Program-made: the position numbers and the translations under genes | Origin: Paraspadella gotoi | Taxonomy: Eukaryota; Animalia; Chaetognatha | Assembly: GCA_051294375.1 (NCBI GenBank) | Contig: CM119267.1 | Location: 20,901,755 to 20,965,754 of the forward strand | Length of the DNA stretch: 64,000 bases | Direction of reading: 5' to 3' | Notes under the pieces: generated by a model | Database searches by the model: none | What the model was told of the DNA's origin: nothing | What the model saw: the letters and a program-made list of their open reading frames with translations, nothing else | Part shown: positions 13,416-25,579 of the stretch, one piece after another | Numbering within the stretch: the stretch's first letter is position 1 | How the letters are laid out: each line of letters begins with the position of its first letter

Positions 13416-14149
13416 AATTAGCGTGAATTGTTGCAGTCGTTCAGCGAGAAAAGACTTGACTGACGCCTTCAGAACAACCGTTGCCATTCCCCGAGTGCGG
13501 CGGTGTGGTAGGTTGGGGCGGGAAGAGGGTGGTTGCGTAAGTTCAATGTCCGCGGGACGCGGTTTGAGCGGTTGGGTTGTAAACTCAAAAGTGGCAATCA
13601 AGTATCGGGAACTCGGGTGAGAGAGAGAGAGAGAGAGGAAAAATGTCGATTAGATTAACGGGGTCAACCGAAATCGTGACTCTCTCTCTCTCTCTCTCTC
13701 TCATCTCTTCTCTCTCTCTCTCTCTCTTATCTCTCTCTCTCTCTCTCTCTCTCATCTCTCTCCTCTCTCCAGGATGCAAAAACACGACGAGCAACACCGA
13801 AGGCGCCAACTCGTGAAAGAGGCGTTGGAGACTTCATGTCGCGCAGGGAAACGTCGGAACGGCCGGCGTCGCCAGAACGGAAGGCGCCGGCGCCGATCAC
13901 GCCGCTCGGACGCCGCAAAGTTTTCGGCGTCGAAACTGAAGCCGTTGCCGCGGAACGCCGTGACGAGTAAGACGCGCGACAACGACCGATGCCGGCGACG
14001 ACCGATGACGACGAACAAGACGACGACGACGACGACGACGAACGACGACGACGGCGCCGACGACGCGAGCCCGGTGCGCGTCGCGGACGTCTCGCGGCGA
14101 CTAATCGAGAGACGGAGCCGGGAGATAGCCAAAGCCAATCAGGCGAATA
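13416..14149 (+). repeat. Tandem second copy of 12394-13173 (two exons plus the intron between them)
   Basis: Colinear from AATTAGC-GTGAATTGTTGCAG to AAAGCCAATCAGGCGAATA, differing mainly by small indels; followed by (TTTA)n and a 25-N gap. Confidence 0.9.
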
Positions 14150-14279
14150 TATATATAATTTATTATTTATTATTTATTATTTATTCATATATTATTCATA
14201 TATTTATTTATTTATTTATTTATTATTTATTTATTTATTTATTTTATTTATTTATTTATTATTTATTTATTATTTATTT

Positions 14280-14311
<32 letters not shown>

Positions 14312-14646
14312 TCTATTTATTTATTTATTTATTTTANNNNNNNNNNNNNNNNNNNNNNNNNTTTTTTTTACCTCTTTGTCGGTTTGTCCGTCTGTCAGTT
14401 CGTGACAACCGGCCGATCCGTTTCCTGTCATTCAAATAAGATTTTGAAGTGTCGATCCGTCTGATCAATCGTACAATTCATTTATCCGTTCCAACCATTC
14501 ATTTATTCATTGATCGATCGATTGATTGATACTTTCTTTCATTCATTCATTCATTCATTCATTCATTCATTCATTCATTCATTCATTCATTCATTCATTC
14601 ATTCATTCATTCATTCAATCATTCATTCATTAATTCATTCATAAAG

Positions 14647-14957
14647 ATGACCTCCACTGTCGAAGAAAACTTCTGGGCGATCGGGAGACCGCATCAAGTT
14701 CGACTTCCCCCCGACAACAACCACAGCAGCAACAACAGCCACTTTCCTCACCATCACCATCATCATCACAACGTCAGCAGCAACAACAGCATCGTCACTC
14801 TCTACCGTCCAACCGGCAAAAACTGCGGTCACCAGCATCAGCAGTCGCAGGACGGCAACAGCTCCGCCAACAACAGCAGCGGCGCCCTGCCGCGCCCGAC
14901 GTGGGAAAGGGCGCCGCAGGGTGCGGCTGGCAGGCGCTAGAGGGCGGCTCGACCTTG
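14647..14957 (+). CDS. Exon 1 of a large low-complexity protein gene (MTSTVEENFWAIGRPHQVRLPP...His/Asn-rich...QVRLAGARGRLDL)
   Basis: ATG at 14647, His/Asn-rich open frame, donor TTG|GTGAGA at 14958. Removing one G near 14920 gives phase 1, matching the acceptor at 17133. Confidence 0.65.
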
Positions 14958-14985
14958 GTGAGATGAGAGAGGGAAGAGAGAAGAG

Positions 14986-15017
<32 letters not shown>

Positions 15018-15048
15018 AGGAGAGGGAAGAGAGAAGAGAAAGAGAGAA

Positions 15049-15140
<92 letters not shown>

Positions 15141-15710
15141 GGGGCTGTGGTCGTTTGCATCGTTTTTCGTTGGTGACGTCGTCGTCTTTGCCTTCTGGCG
15201 TTTGCCATCGTTTTTGAGTCTTGGTTCTGCAAGACGACGGGCAAATGGGTTTTTCTCTCCAGAATCAAGACGAGGTTTACAGAAGGAAAAAAAAATGGTT
15301 GAGAAAAAAAAAGCCAAAAATCTAAAGGAAAAAAAAAAGAAAGAAAATTCGCGCGAAAATTTCCGTGAGTCTGAAAAAAACAGGTAATCAATCAAGGTGG
15401 GTAAGGGGAAAGAAAAGGTGAGAAAGGAAAGAAAGAGAGAAAGAAAGAAAGAAATGAAGAAATAGATATAGAAAAAAAAGAAGAACAAATTGAAAAAAGA
15501 AAAGAGAAATAAAGGATGACAGAAAGAAAGGAAGAAGAAGAAGAAAGAGACGGGATCTTAAACTTAAAATGTGGCGAACACTTTCGGGGGGTTTGGCTTC
15601 TCGATGTTCCGAGGGTGTTTATCCAGTGAAACCAGGATTCTGTGGTTTGAGAGAAAGGAAACTGTGGGCGTGACTGTTGCTTGGTAGCGTTAGGCTGTGG
15701 TGTGATTAAT

Positions 15711-16310
15711 AAGGCGTAGTGAAAGTTACATACAAAAATTCTAAATGTCAATTATGAACAACATACCATCAGTAAATATTAATATGTAAAAAAAAAAAAT
15801 TTATGTGTTTTAATTTTCGCAGTAGGCTATATTTATCTAATACGTACTATCCTTAATAAAATCGATAAATTTCAAAATATGCTTTTCTTAATTTTGATTG
15901 CAGATTTGAATTCCTCGTCAAAAGTTGATAAAAGAAAATATAAACATTTTTAAAAATTCTTTCATTAAGTGGTTAAAAATTAAAAAAATACATTTAATAT
16001 ATAAAAAGTTAATTTTCAGCTTAAAATATAGCTTTTTCTAATTTTTGACCCACTTAATGAAGGAATTTTTCAAAAAGAGTTATATTCTTTTTATCACTTT
16101 TTATGACGAATCCAAATCTGCAAAAAAATCTTATAAAAAATGTTTTGAAATTTTAATATTTATTGGATTAGTACTAGTATAAATATGGCCTACTGCGTAA
16201 ATTGTAAAATTTATGATAAATTTTTTTATTACATAAATGTTTATTAGTATAATGTTGTTCATCTCCTTTTAGAATTTAATTAAGTTAATTTAGAAATTTT
16301 ACTACGCCTT
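15711..16310. mobile_element. ~600-bp fold-back MITE with a 9-bp TSD (Mutator/MULE-like)
   Basis: Termini AAGGCGTAGT...ACTACGCCTT. Nested inverted pairs include CGCAGTAGGCTATATTTAT/ATAAATATGGCCTACTGCG, TTGCAGATTTG/CAAATCTGCAA and TTCATTAAGTGG/CCACTTAATGAA. Perfect flanking direct repeat GTGATTAAT at 15702-15710 and 16311-16319. Confidence 0.9.
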
Positions 16311-16733
16311 GTGATTAATGTGTAGCCGGTGGTGAAGCAGGAAACGAGAAGGCAGAGAGAGACGTAGATAAGGAAGGCGTTGGCCATTCAATTGAGAATC
16401 GGCATTCATTTCGATTTATTCGCGTCGTTCATCTGTTTCGTTTGTTTTTTTTTCGTCTGTTTTTGCTTGGTTCTGTATTAATTTTTAGTCCCATTGTTCA
16501 TTTTTCGAATCTGTTTGTAATCCTTTGTCCTTATCCGTCTTGTCTTATCTCGACGAGTCTTGTAACTTGTTCAGACTTGACAAAAATTACACTAGACTCG
16601 CCTAGACTCGCCTTGCTGCAAGACTCTTGACCTTTCCCCTCACTTCCTCCTCTCTCTCTCGTTTACTCCCGTCCTTTTTTTCTGTCTCTCTTCTGTCTTT
16701 TCTGTCTTTCTGTCCCCCTCGTCTCTGTCTCGC

Positions 16734-16862
16734 ATGGAGGGAGAAGGAGAAAGCAAACGAAAGTGGCAGTTTAAGGCGGTTGAAGACTCGCGACCGAAAA
16801 GAACGGCTCAAGTAAAATAAACAACCGGCCAACACTCCCGGAGAAAGAGCCGATGGAATGGG
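16734..16862 (+). CDS. Possible additional or alternative small exon of the 14647-20138 gene (EGEGESKRKWQFKAVEDSRPKRTAQVK...NNRPTLPEKEPMEW)
   Basis: Complex sequence between a pyrimidine tract and a (GA)n tract. Both splice sites are imperfect and one indel is needed. Confidence 0.3.
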
Positions 16863-16870
16863 GAGAAGAG

Positions 16871-16930
<60 letters not shown>

Positions 16931-16957
16931 TAACTGAGCTGTTTGAACGATTTTCTT

Positions 16958-17046
<89 letters not shown>

Positions 17047-17093
17047 CTCTCTCTCTCTTCTCTCTCTCTCTCTCTCTCTTCTCTCTCCTCTCT

Positions 17094-17131
<38 letters not shown>

Positions 17132-17132
17132 G

Positions 17133-17829
17133 GAGAGCTCTCGTTACCTACCCGCCATAACCCAAAACGTCAACGGCAACCCACGCCGTTCCTCTGCAGT
17201 CCAATCATCCTCACCAACATCATCCTCATAAACATCAACATCATCACCATCTCCATCATCCTCAACATCAACCCCATCAACGTCACCCCCGGTCGGCCTC
17301 CCAGTTCGTCTTCAACGCCGTGCCTACCGGGCCGTCCGGAGCCCTCAAGCCCCGGAAGCGATTCCACATCGAGCCGGAAGAGCTCGTCAGGCGCAACAAG
17401 GTTCGGCGTCAAGGATCGACGCAGCAGGAAGCCGCTCCGCCGCGTACGCTGAAGCCGATCGATCGGGCGGCGCTGCTGATGTCCCGTCCGTCGCCGGAGA
17501 TGGAGTCGGTGACGGCGGCGTCGCCAGCCGCGGCGACCGAGGCAGCGGCGACGGCTGCGTCGACGAGGAATTCCGTGGTGTCGCAGACGCTTCTTCGCAG
17601 CGTCGACGCAGCCAGGCGGCTGGAGGCGCGGCGGGTAGCGGCGGAGGAGGCGAAGATAACGACGACAAAGAGTCGAGGAGCGGCGACGGCGGCGGCGGAA
17701 GAACGGGAGAAGCAAAGGGAGGCGGCGGCGGAGTCGGTGGCGGCGGCGAGGGCAGACGAGAGGGACGACGCCGAAGATATGGATCCTCTCGTGGACGAAC
17801 ACGCGGCGCTGTCTTCCTGCGTGCAGAAG
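17133..17829 (+). CDS. Internal exon of the large low-complexity protein gene (His-rich, then Ala/Glu-rich helical segment)
   Basis: (CT)n-CCAG acceptor. The frame PKTSTATHAVPLQSNHPHQHH...ALKPRKRFHIEPEELVRRNKVRR...SSCVQK is open from 17161; one missing base near 17160 is needed to join it to the acceptor (an alternative in-frame acceptor CTGCAG ends at 17199). Donor AAG|GTTAGG, phase 0. Confidence 0.75.
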
Positions 17830-17999
17830 GTTAGGATCGGCGCGGGTTGGGATGCAGTTCGTCGTCGTCACTGCTTGCCTAAAATACGGTTTTCATATCC
17901 GGTTTCCTCGTCTGGTTTTAATGTCCGGTTTTTACATCCATTTTTAAATTCCGGTTTCCTATTCCAGTTTTTACATCCGCTTTCACGTCCGGTTTCCAG

Positions 18000-20138
18000 G
18001 TGACGCATGAGGCGCGCCTCTCGGAGACGCTCGCTGCCGCCGACGACCGGATGTGCCAAACGTTGGATCGAATTTCGGCCGAGATGGAGTTGTTTTTGAG
18101 TAGGGCGTCGGCCGAGGATGTTGATGCGACTTCGAAGATGGCGTCGAAGGGGAAGCCGGAGGAGGCGAAGTCGGTCACGGATGCGGAGGATGATCTTAAC
18201 GAGCTCGAAGCCTTCGCCAAAGACGAAGAGATGATCGACGTGGAAACACCGCTCTTGTCGCCGTCCCTGTCGCCGCCAAATCCGCCGCCGATGACGCCGC
18301 AAATCGAGCGGCACTCTTTGGCGTCTACCGGCGTCATTTTGGTCGAGCGCGATCGGCCGACTTCGCTTAAAGAAGCTTTGATTGCGGCCGATGCGGCGCC
18401 GACGGTCGCAGCAGCAGCGGACGCGGCGCCGTTGTCTACTTTCTCGAATCGCCGCGAGGAGGCGGTGGAAGCAGCGCCGGGGCAAAAGTTGTTCGAAGAG
18501 GAAGAGGAGGAAGAGGATGATATGGAGGACGATGGCGCCGTTAATCGCGGAGAAGGAAACCGCGAAATTGGCGCCATCAAGGAATTAACGTTTTCAGAAG
18601 TTGATTTGGATCGGGCGAAGATGCCGCCGCCGCCGCCGCCACAGCCGCTGAAGCCGCCGCAGCCGGTAACAGCGACGTCGCCCCGGTCGAGATCGACGAG
18701 AAGAGAAAAGATGGAGACGAAAGAAAAACCGAAGCGACAACCGACGCCGACGCCGACGCCGAGAACGCAGCAGCAACAGCAGCAGGCGACGCCGGAGCGT
18801 GCCGCGCCGAGGGTGCCGCTTTTCCAACGATTCGTCCTCGCGTCGTCTTCGTCGCCGTCACCTACGCCCGGAAACGCCGAGAGCGACGTGGCGAGAGGCG
18901 CCTCGCGAAACGTGATCAGCGCCGCTCTTCGGGAAGACGTTTCGTCGTCGAGCGGCGTCGCTGGAGAGAAGAGAGAGGTCGCGACGAAGAAGAGAATTCG
19001 CGACGACGACGCCGCGGAAGTGGCTCGTCCCAAAGTCGTCGTCAAGTCGAGAGATCGAGATGTCGCCGTCGCGCGGCGCTCCGATCGCGTAGTCGGCGTC
19101 TTGAGATTCGAGGAGACGCAACCATGGGGGGCGTGGCGACGGGAGGAGGCGCCGGCGCCGCGTGAGACGGTGGCGCCGGGGGTGGCACCGACGAAGGGAG
19201 AGTTTTTGGTCAACGCGTACGGACAACGCCTGCCGATGGATGGGACAGGGTCGGTAGAGGGAGCGACGATAAAGACGACGACGGCGACGACGACGACTGA
19301 AAGGGCGATAGGGACGCCGATGGCGGGAAAAAGGAAGAACGAAAAGGAAGAATTTTGGATCAACGCTTACGGGCAAAGAATTCCGGTAGAAAAGACGACG
19401 TCGACGCCGACGACGACGACGACGACGACGACGTCAGAGGACGCGAGGGCGTCGGCGTCCGGATGGAATCAGGTCGACAACGATCGCGTTCCGCCTCCGC
19501 CGACGCAGCAGCCCGCGCAGACGCAGGAATCGACGCTGCAGCATGTTTGGCTCCTCAAGACGCAGCCTTCGTTGTCGCCGCCATCTAGCGGAATCGATGA
19601 GAACTCGAATTTGTGGAGGGCGTTTTATCGCGAGGTTCGCGCGAACGTAGGGAGGAAGCCGAAGATGACGACGATGGCGACGCCGGACGCCTTCAATTGC
19701 AACGCCAACGCCGCTTCTAGCGCCGCCTTTTCTCCGGCGTCGAGACCGGCGCCGGAAATGGACGAGAACGCCAACCTGTGGCGTCTCATGTTGCAGAACG
19801 TCATCGGTCAGGGCGGGCAGGTCGGGCAGGTCGGCACGGGGATGGGCAGGAGCAACAACAATAACAACAACAGCCACAGCAATTGCGTGAAATTCGACGG
19901 AAAGGACTACCAGCCCTTGGCGATGCAGTCGGGGATGCAAGCGGATTTGCAGTCGGTGATGCAGGCGGGAATGCAGGCCGGGATGCAGGTCGGCATGCAG
20001 GCGGGAATGCAGCAAAGAGCGAGGATGCAGGCCGTGATGCAGACAGGGACGACGACGACGACGACGACGACGACCGGAGAAAACTTGTGGAAGGTGATGG
20101 CGAAGAATTTGGTTTCTCGAGAAGATAAGAGAAAATGA
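18000..20138 (+). CDS. Large terminal exon (712 codons) of a predicted intrinsically disordered protein
   Basis: TTTCCAG acceptor in phase 0 with the donor at 17830 (170-bp intron). Uninterrupted 2.1-kb GC-rich ORF ending in TGA, followed by AT-rich UTR-like sequence. Confidence 0.9.
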   Translation: MTHEARLSETLAAADDRMCQTLDRISAEMELFLSRASAEDVDATSKMASKGKPEEAKSVTDAEDDLNELEAFAKDEEMIDVETPLLSPSLSPPNPPPMTPQIERHSLASTGVILVERDRPTSLKEALIAADAAPTVAAAADAAPLSTFSNRREEAVEAAPGQKLFEEEEEEEDDMEDDGAVNRGEGNREIGAIKELTFSEVDLDRAKMPPPPPPQPLKPPQPVTATSPRSRSTRREKMETKEKPKRQPTPTPTPRTQQQQQQATPERAAPRVPLFQRFVLASSSSPSPTPGNAESDVARGASRNVISAALREDVSSSSGVAGEKREVATKKRIRDDDAAEVARPKVVVKSRDRDVAVARRSDRVVGVLRFEETQPWGAWRREEAPAPRETVAPGVAPTKGEFLVNAYGQRLPMDGTGSVEGATIKTTTATTTTERAIGTPMAGKRKNEKEEFWINAYGQRIPVEKTTSTPTTTTTTTTSEDARASASGWNQVDNDRVPPPPTQQPAQTQESTLQHVWLLKTQPSLSPPSSGIDENSNLWRAFYREVRANVGRKPKMTTMATPDAFNCNANAASSAAFSPASRPAPEMDENANLWRLMLQNVIGQGGQVGQVGTGMGRSNNNNNNSHSNCVKFDGKDYQPLAMQSGMQADLQSVMQAGMQAGMQVGMQAGMQQRARMQAVMQTGTTTTTTTTTGENLWKVMAKNLVSREDKRK

Positions 20139-20349
20139 GATGAAAGAGGGAAATGAGTAGGGGAGGCGGAAATGGAGACTGTGAAATGGAAAGTGGAAAG
20201 TGGAAGTGGAAAGTGTGAAAAGTGAGGAGTGAATTTTTTGAAATGAATGAAAAAATGACTTGAAACGACGAATTAAAATGAATGACGACGTGAAAAAAAA
20301 AATGACAAAAACTTTTTTATTCTTTTTGATTAAAATTAGAAAATAGGTA

Positions 20350-20539
20350 CAGTACCGGAAACCTAGATGGGATAACTTTTCCATTTATAGGATAAATGGC
20401 TTTAGGATTTTATAGGAGGTTGCCTGGATGTCTGGCTATTGCCCATCTAAGCAATTTTTAAAAAAAATAATCTTAAACCTCTTAAAAATTGGGTCAAAAT
20501 TAAAAAAAAAAAAAAAAACTTCTAGGTTTTCCGGTACTG
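20350..20539. mobile_element. ~190-bp Tc1/mariner-type MITE
   Basis: TIRs CAGTACCGGAAACCTAGA / TCTAGGTTTTCCGGTACTG, flanked by TA at 20348-20349 and 20540-20541. Confidence 0.88.
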
Positions 20540-20682
20540 TAGGAAATCTTTTTTTAAATCTTCATCCTGAAAAGATGGATGTTTTGGCTTTCTAATACCG
20601 AGAAATTGCTATAATAATTGCATTAAAACCTAAAGCTTTGCGATGATAGAAATCTCCTTCTCTCTCTCCTCTCTCTCTATCT

Positions 20683-20736
<54 letters not shown>

Positions 20737-20943
20737 TCTCTCTCTCTCTTTCACCTTCTTTTCTTTTCTCTCTTTCTTACTCACGTCTCCACTGGCTTTG
20801 AGCGGAATTAGGCCTCAAGGTGGACGAAAATGAGTCAACTTCTCTTTTTTCTTTACCATCGTCAGACGGTTCCATCTTTTATTTCCTCCTTTAGTCTCTC
20901 TCTCCTCTCTCTCTCTCTCGTCTCTCTCTACTCTCCTCGCTCT

Positions 20944-20978
<35 letters not shown>

Positions 20979-22107
20979 CCTCTCTCTCTCTCACTCCCTC
21001 ACTCTACTCTCTCTCTCTCTCCCTCCCTCCCATCCCTCCCTTTTCCTTCAATTCATGACGATTACATAAAAATCTCTCGAGGATAATAAAAAAAAGTTTC
21101 TTCCGTTCTTTTGTTTCTTGACTTTTGTGTCTTCCCTCCGGTGGTGAGCCGCCGCCGCTACCGCCGCCGCTGCCGCACGCGCCGCCGCTGCCGCTACCGC
21201 CGCCGCCGACGCTACCCGCCGCCGCAACCATTGCATGATGCCTTCTTTGTCTTTGGATTATGGTGATTACGAGAAAAGAAAGTCACAGTTTCATATTGGC
21301 GGCGGCGGAGGGAACAAAGAAAAGATCCAGCTGTGGCGGTGAAGCGTCTTGTTCTTTTTTTTGTTGTTAACTTTATGCGTTTTTATTTGGTCTTTTTTTC
21401 AGAGTAATTCGCTTGTTATAGTCGAGGGGAGCCTGCGGTTTACTGCGGCACGCGCACGTATGAGTTCTGACCCGGTGCCGTTTTCCCCCAAATATTGCGT
21501 CTTAATACTTTGAAACTAAAAGTTTTATGACCTCTCACGAGTCTTGAAGAAGTCATAATTTACTATTTGTCCATTATTTACGATAAACTCATACAAGTCT
21601 TTGATCAACGAAATTGTTTAACTTTGTAGTTAAATTAAATTAGTGTTTAAATCTCGGTTTTTAAGACCGTTTTCATGTCATTTTTAGGAATGGTCTTCGT
21701 TGATAGTGTCATAATGATTATGAATGTGGCTAAACAATTTAAATCGCTTTTCAAATAATTAAGTCTCCACGTAAAATCAAATGTACGGGTCTCCACGAAA
21801 AAAAAAGAAAGAAGCGAATCACTTGCCGCACGAACGCGCCGCGCCGTCGAACGCTGACAGTCTTTTTTCGGTCGTTTAGGTCTTCGCTTGTCCGATCAAT
21901 TAAGAGCGCATAACTGTCTGGTCATTTATAGGCGATATTCTGTCCGGTCATTAAGTCGCGACAAAATCGAGAAGAAAAAGATATGCACGAAGGAAGGGAG
22001 GAGGGGGGAGAGAATCGATTTAGAACCTCGTCTCACCAACGCATAAAGATTCTGGCACCTGATCATCTTCTTGACTCTCTCTTTCTCTCTCTCTCTTCTC
22101 TCGTCTC

Positions 22108-22138
<31 letters not shown>

Positions 22139-22538
22139 GCTCTCTCTCTCTTCTCTTCTCTCTCTCTCCCCATGCGTTACAATACAAGAAGATTATCCTT
22201 CCTCTCTATTAGCTCTCTCCTCCTCTCTCCGTCGTCCTCTCTCTCTCTCTCTCTCTTCCTCTCTCAGTCTCTGCCTCCTCTTCTCTCTCTCTCTCCTCTC
22301 CCTCATCACTCTCTGTCAGCTGTCTCTCTCTTCTCTCTCCCCCCCGCAACTTCTCCCAGACGTGATGGTATGGCGCTGAAAGGGTTACAGTTCAGTCAGC
22401 GCCAAACAGTAAAAAACAGCCCCAAAAATTCCGCCTGCATACTAATCACTTTCCCTGAAAACGGAAAAAATAGCCAACAGGCGATAGAGAGAGAGAGAAA
22501 GAGAGAATAAGAGAGAGAGAGGAGAAGAGAGTTGAGAA

Positions 22539-22586
<48 letters not shown>

Positions 22587-23194
22587 GGATTAGAGAGAGA
22601 GAGAAGCAGACGCTGCATCGGATTTCTCTGATCGCTTTCTTTTCTCCTATCTCTCTTCATTACTACCGTCGCATGTATCCGTCTTACTCTATTGCTCTCT
22701 CCTCTCTCTCTCTTCTCGTCTCTCATCTCTCTTCTCTCTCTCCTCCCTCTCTCCTCTCTTCTCTTCCTCCCGATATTTTTCTAAATTCTCTCTCTCTCGC
22801 TCTCTCTCTTCTCTCTCTCTCTTCTCTCTCTCTCTCTCTCTCTCTTCTTCTGCTTCACTCATTTCTCTCTCTCTCTCTCTTTCTCTCTCTTTCTCATCTC
22901 TCCTCTCTCTCTCTCAATTTGTCTTTTCTCTCCTCCTCCTCTCTCTCATCTCTCTCTCTCTTTGCTCATCTCTCTGCTCTGGTCTCGCTCTCCTCTCTCT
23001 CTTCTCTCCTCCCTCTCTCTCTCTTCCTCCCTTCTCGCTCTCTCCTCTCCTCCTCTCTCCAACCCCTCTCCTCTTTGTCTCTCTCCTCGTCTCTCTGTTC
23101 TTCTCCCTCCTCTCTCCCTCTCCTCTCTCATTCTCTCTCTCCCTTCTCTCCTCTCATCTCTCTCCGTCTCTCTCTCTCCTCTCTCTCTCCTATA

Positions 23195-23348
23195 ACCGCG
23201 CCAGCCCAATGGGATACCAAAAATCGTTTCCCTTTTTTTTATATTCGGCGTAAAAATCAATTTCGTCTCGTCTTCATACGTTGGTGGCAGATTCGGTCGC
23301 TCGACCCTTTCCCGCTCGGAAAAACGTCGCAATCTCTTCTTTCCATCG
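23195..23348 (+). CDS. Possible internal exon (QWDTKNRFPFFYIRRKNQFRLVFIRWWQIRSLDPFPLGKTSQSLLSI)
   Basis: Complex open stretch after a long (CT)n tract, ending at CG|GTAAGG. Acceptor unclear. Confidence 0.25.
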
Positions 23349-25579
23349 GTAAGGTTGGGTAAGGGTTCTTCTTCGCCTAAACACCTCTTTTGGCTGGTGG
23401 TTAAGTGGAACTTGCCTCCGTTCGCAGTTTACAAACCCACTCCATCTACATACATTCTACAGCCAATTTATAAATTCTATCGTCCATTCATTTCCGATAA
23501 ATATTAGCTATTCCCTAGCCCACAGAATTTGGACAGTCTATGGGTAAAGTTAACCACTTTTATATTAGTTACCGTCGGGTTTATTTAATTTTTAATAAAA
23601 GTCTGAATCAAACTAAGGACTTATGCCATTAATATCTATCGTATTGTTATGTTTGAATTCACTTATAAACTCACGCCCCACGTTTTTTCCTCCACCCTCC
23701 CTTGCCCAACATTCACTATTCACCCTTTTTAATCTCTTTCATCACACTCACAAAACTTTTCTATCAACCAAACCCCTGCAATTTAGTGACGCGCTGATCT
23801 TGTCCCGATTCATCATCATTCCGCGTGCATTTTCGTATTCAAAAGAAAGAATTAGCAGCCTTTGCAAATCTCCGCGCTTATCGATGAAAAAGCGCCCGGA
23901 ACTCCCATTACCGCCACCGATACCGCCGCTTCCCATTACCCAGTTACCCACCTTCCTATCCTTCGCCTTACCGCCCCGCTTCCCCTTCCCTCCTTCCCTT
24001 TTACCCCGCTTACCCTGTACTTCCCTTCCCTTACCCCCTTCCCTTGCCGCTTACCCCCTCCCTTACCCTTACCCCTTTCCCTACCCCCCGCCTTTCCCTT
24101 CCCGACCCCTTCCCTTCTCTTACCCCCTTCCCTCTCCTTCTTAGCCTCCTTCCTTTCCCTCACTCTTTACTTCCCTTCCGCTTCCCTTGACCCCCCTTGC
24201 CTTTCCCTTACCCCGCCTCCCCCCGCTCCAGTCCCCGACCCTTCCTACCTCCTGTCGCAGTTTATCTCGGGTCTTCCTTACGCCCTCTTCTGAATTATAG
24301 GTCGCCACTCTCACTTTCCTTCCTTACCCCGAGGAGTCGAGCTTTTTGCTTTTTTTTTTCTCAACGAGCGAATTTCTTCGCATGCTGCGTCTCACCGACT
24401 GAACACCTTTCACTCCCTCACAATTCATCCTCACTCAGTCGTGACTCACTCACCGTGTGCACTCACTCACTTGTACTGTCGTCCAGCTTCAAACCCCCGT
24501 TGAATCTCATCTTCTGCAATCCTCGCTCTCGATCTCATCCTCTTGCTGCAGCTCAAAACTTCTTCGAATTTTTTTCCGTGCTTCTCATTCTTTTTTCAAA
24601 CTCATTTCAGAAAACTTTCTTCAGATAGAGTTCTTCCAGAATAGTTCCTTCAATAGTTCTCAGATAAGTTCTTCAGATTGTCCACAAATCCAAGGTATGA
24701 CGCCGTCACAATTAAAGCCGCAAGTTTGAACTGCCTATAAGGGGACAGTTTGAACTGCGCCCTCTTTCTGGTTCACGGAAACGAAAAACTGTCTTTTTTT
24801 TCCTCCTGTTTTGGGGAATCCGCCCGCCACTATTTTTTAAATTTTAAACGGGGATCAAACTGTTTGAAGCCCTCTGCCTTTATCCATGACGGGGAAATCC
24901 CGCCCAATATTTTTGAAGGGATAACGTTCTGAAGGCCCCTATCCCCGCCACAAAATCAATAGATCCTGTTTCATCATGGGAGTCCTTGTTATAAAAAAAT
25001 ATTTTTATTGGATTCTCCGTCCTGCGATGTCATTACACGATCCTAATTTAAAATAAATAATTTTATTTGCATTTATTTCCTAAACCCTCTATTTTTATTT
25101 TATATCTCTCTCTCTCTCTCTGTCAACTACTTTTTCTCTTTTTCTTTTTTCTATTTTTCATCTCTCTCTCTCTCTTCTCGTCTCTCCTCTCCTCGTCTCT
25201 CTTCTCTCTCTCTCTCATCTTTCTATCTCTATCGTCATCTCTCTATTTTTCCTTTTTTTTTCTATTTTTTAAAGCTCTCTCAGTTCTTACTTTCTCTCTC
25301 TCACTCTTCTCTCTCTCTCTTTTAAAACCTCTCTGGCTCATTTTTTTTTTAATTTTCATATATATCTTTCTCGTTTTTCTGTCTCAGTCTTCTTTCCTCT
25401 CTCCTTTGTATCTCTATTTCTATCTCTTTTCTTCGACTCTATTTAATTTTATTTCTATTCTTATTCTCCCTCTCTCACTTTCTTTCTCTCTCTCTGTCTA
25501 CTGAAGCATAGCAAAAAATATAAATAATCAAGCGGAATCAAATTCGAATAAGTAGATTCACGAAACGATCAACGAACAC

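Noticed and set aside
17918-19363. 481-aa - strand ORF (also 17170-17871 and 19434-20384)
   Set aside because: Antisense shadows of the GC-rich + strand exons, which have the splice-site support.
21048-21239. Poly-Ala ORF MQWLRRRVASAAAVAAAA
   Set aside because: Explained by a (GCC)n tract; no splice or homology support.
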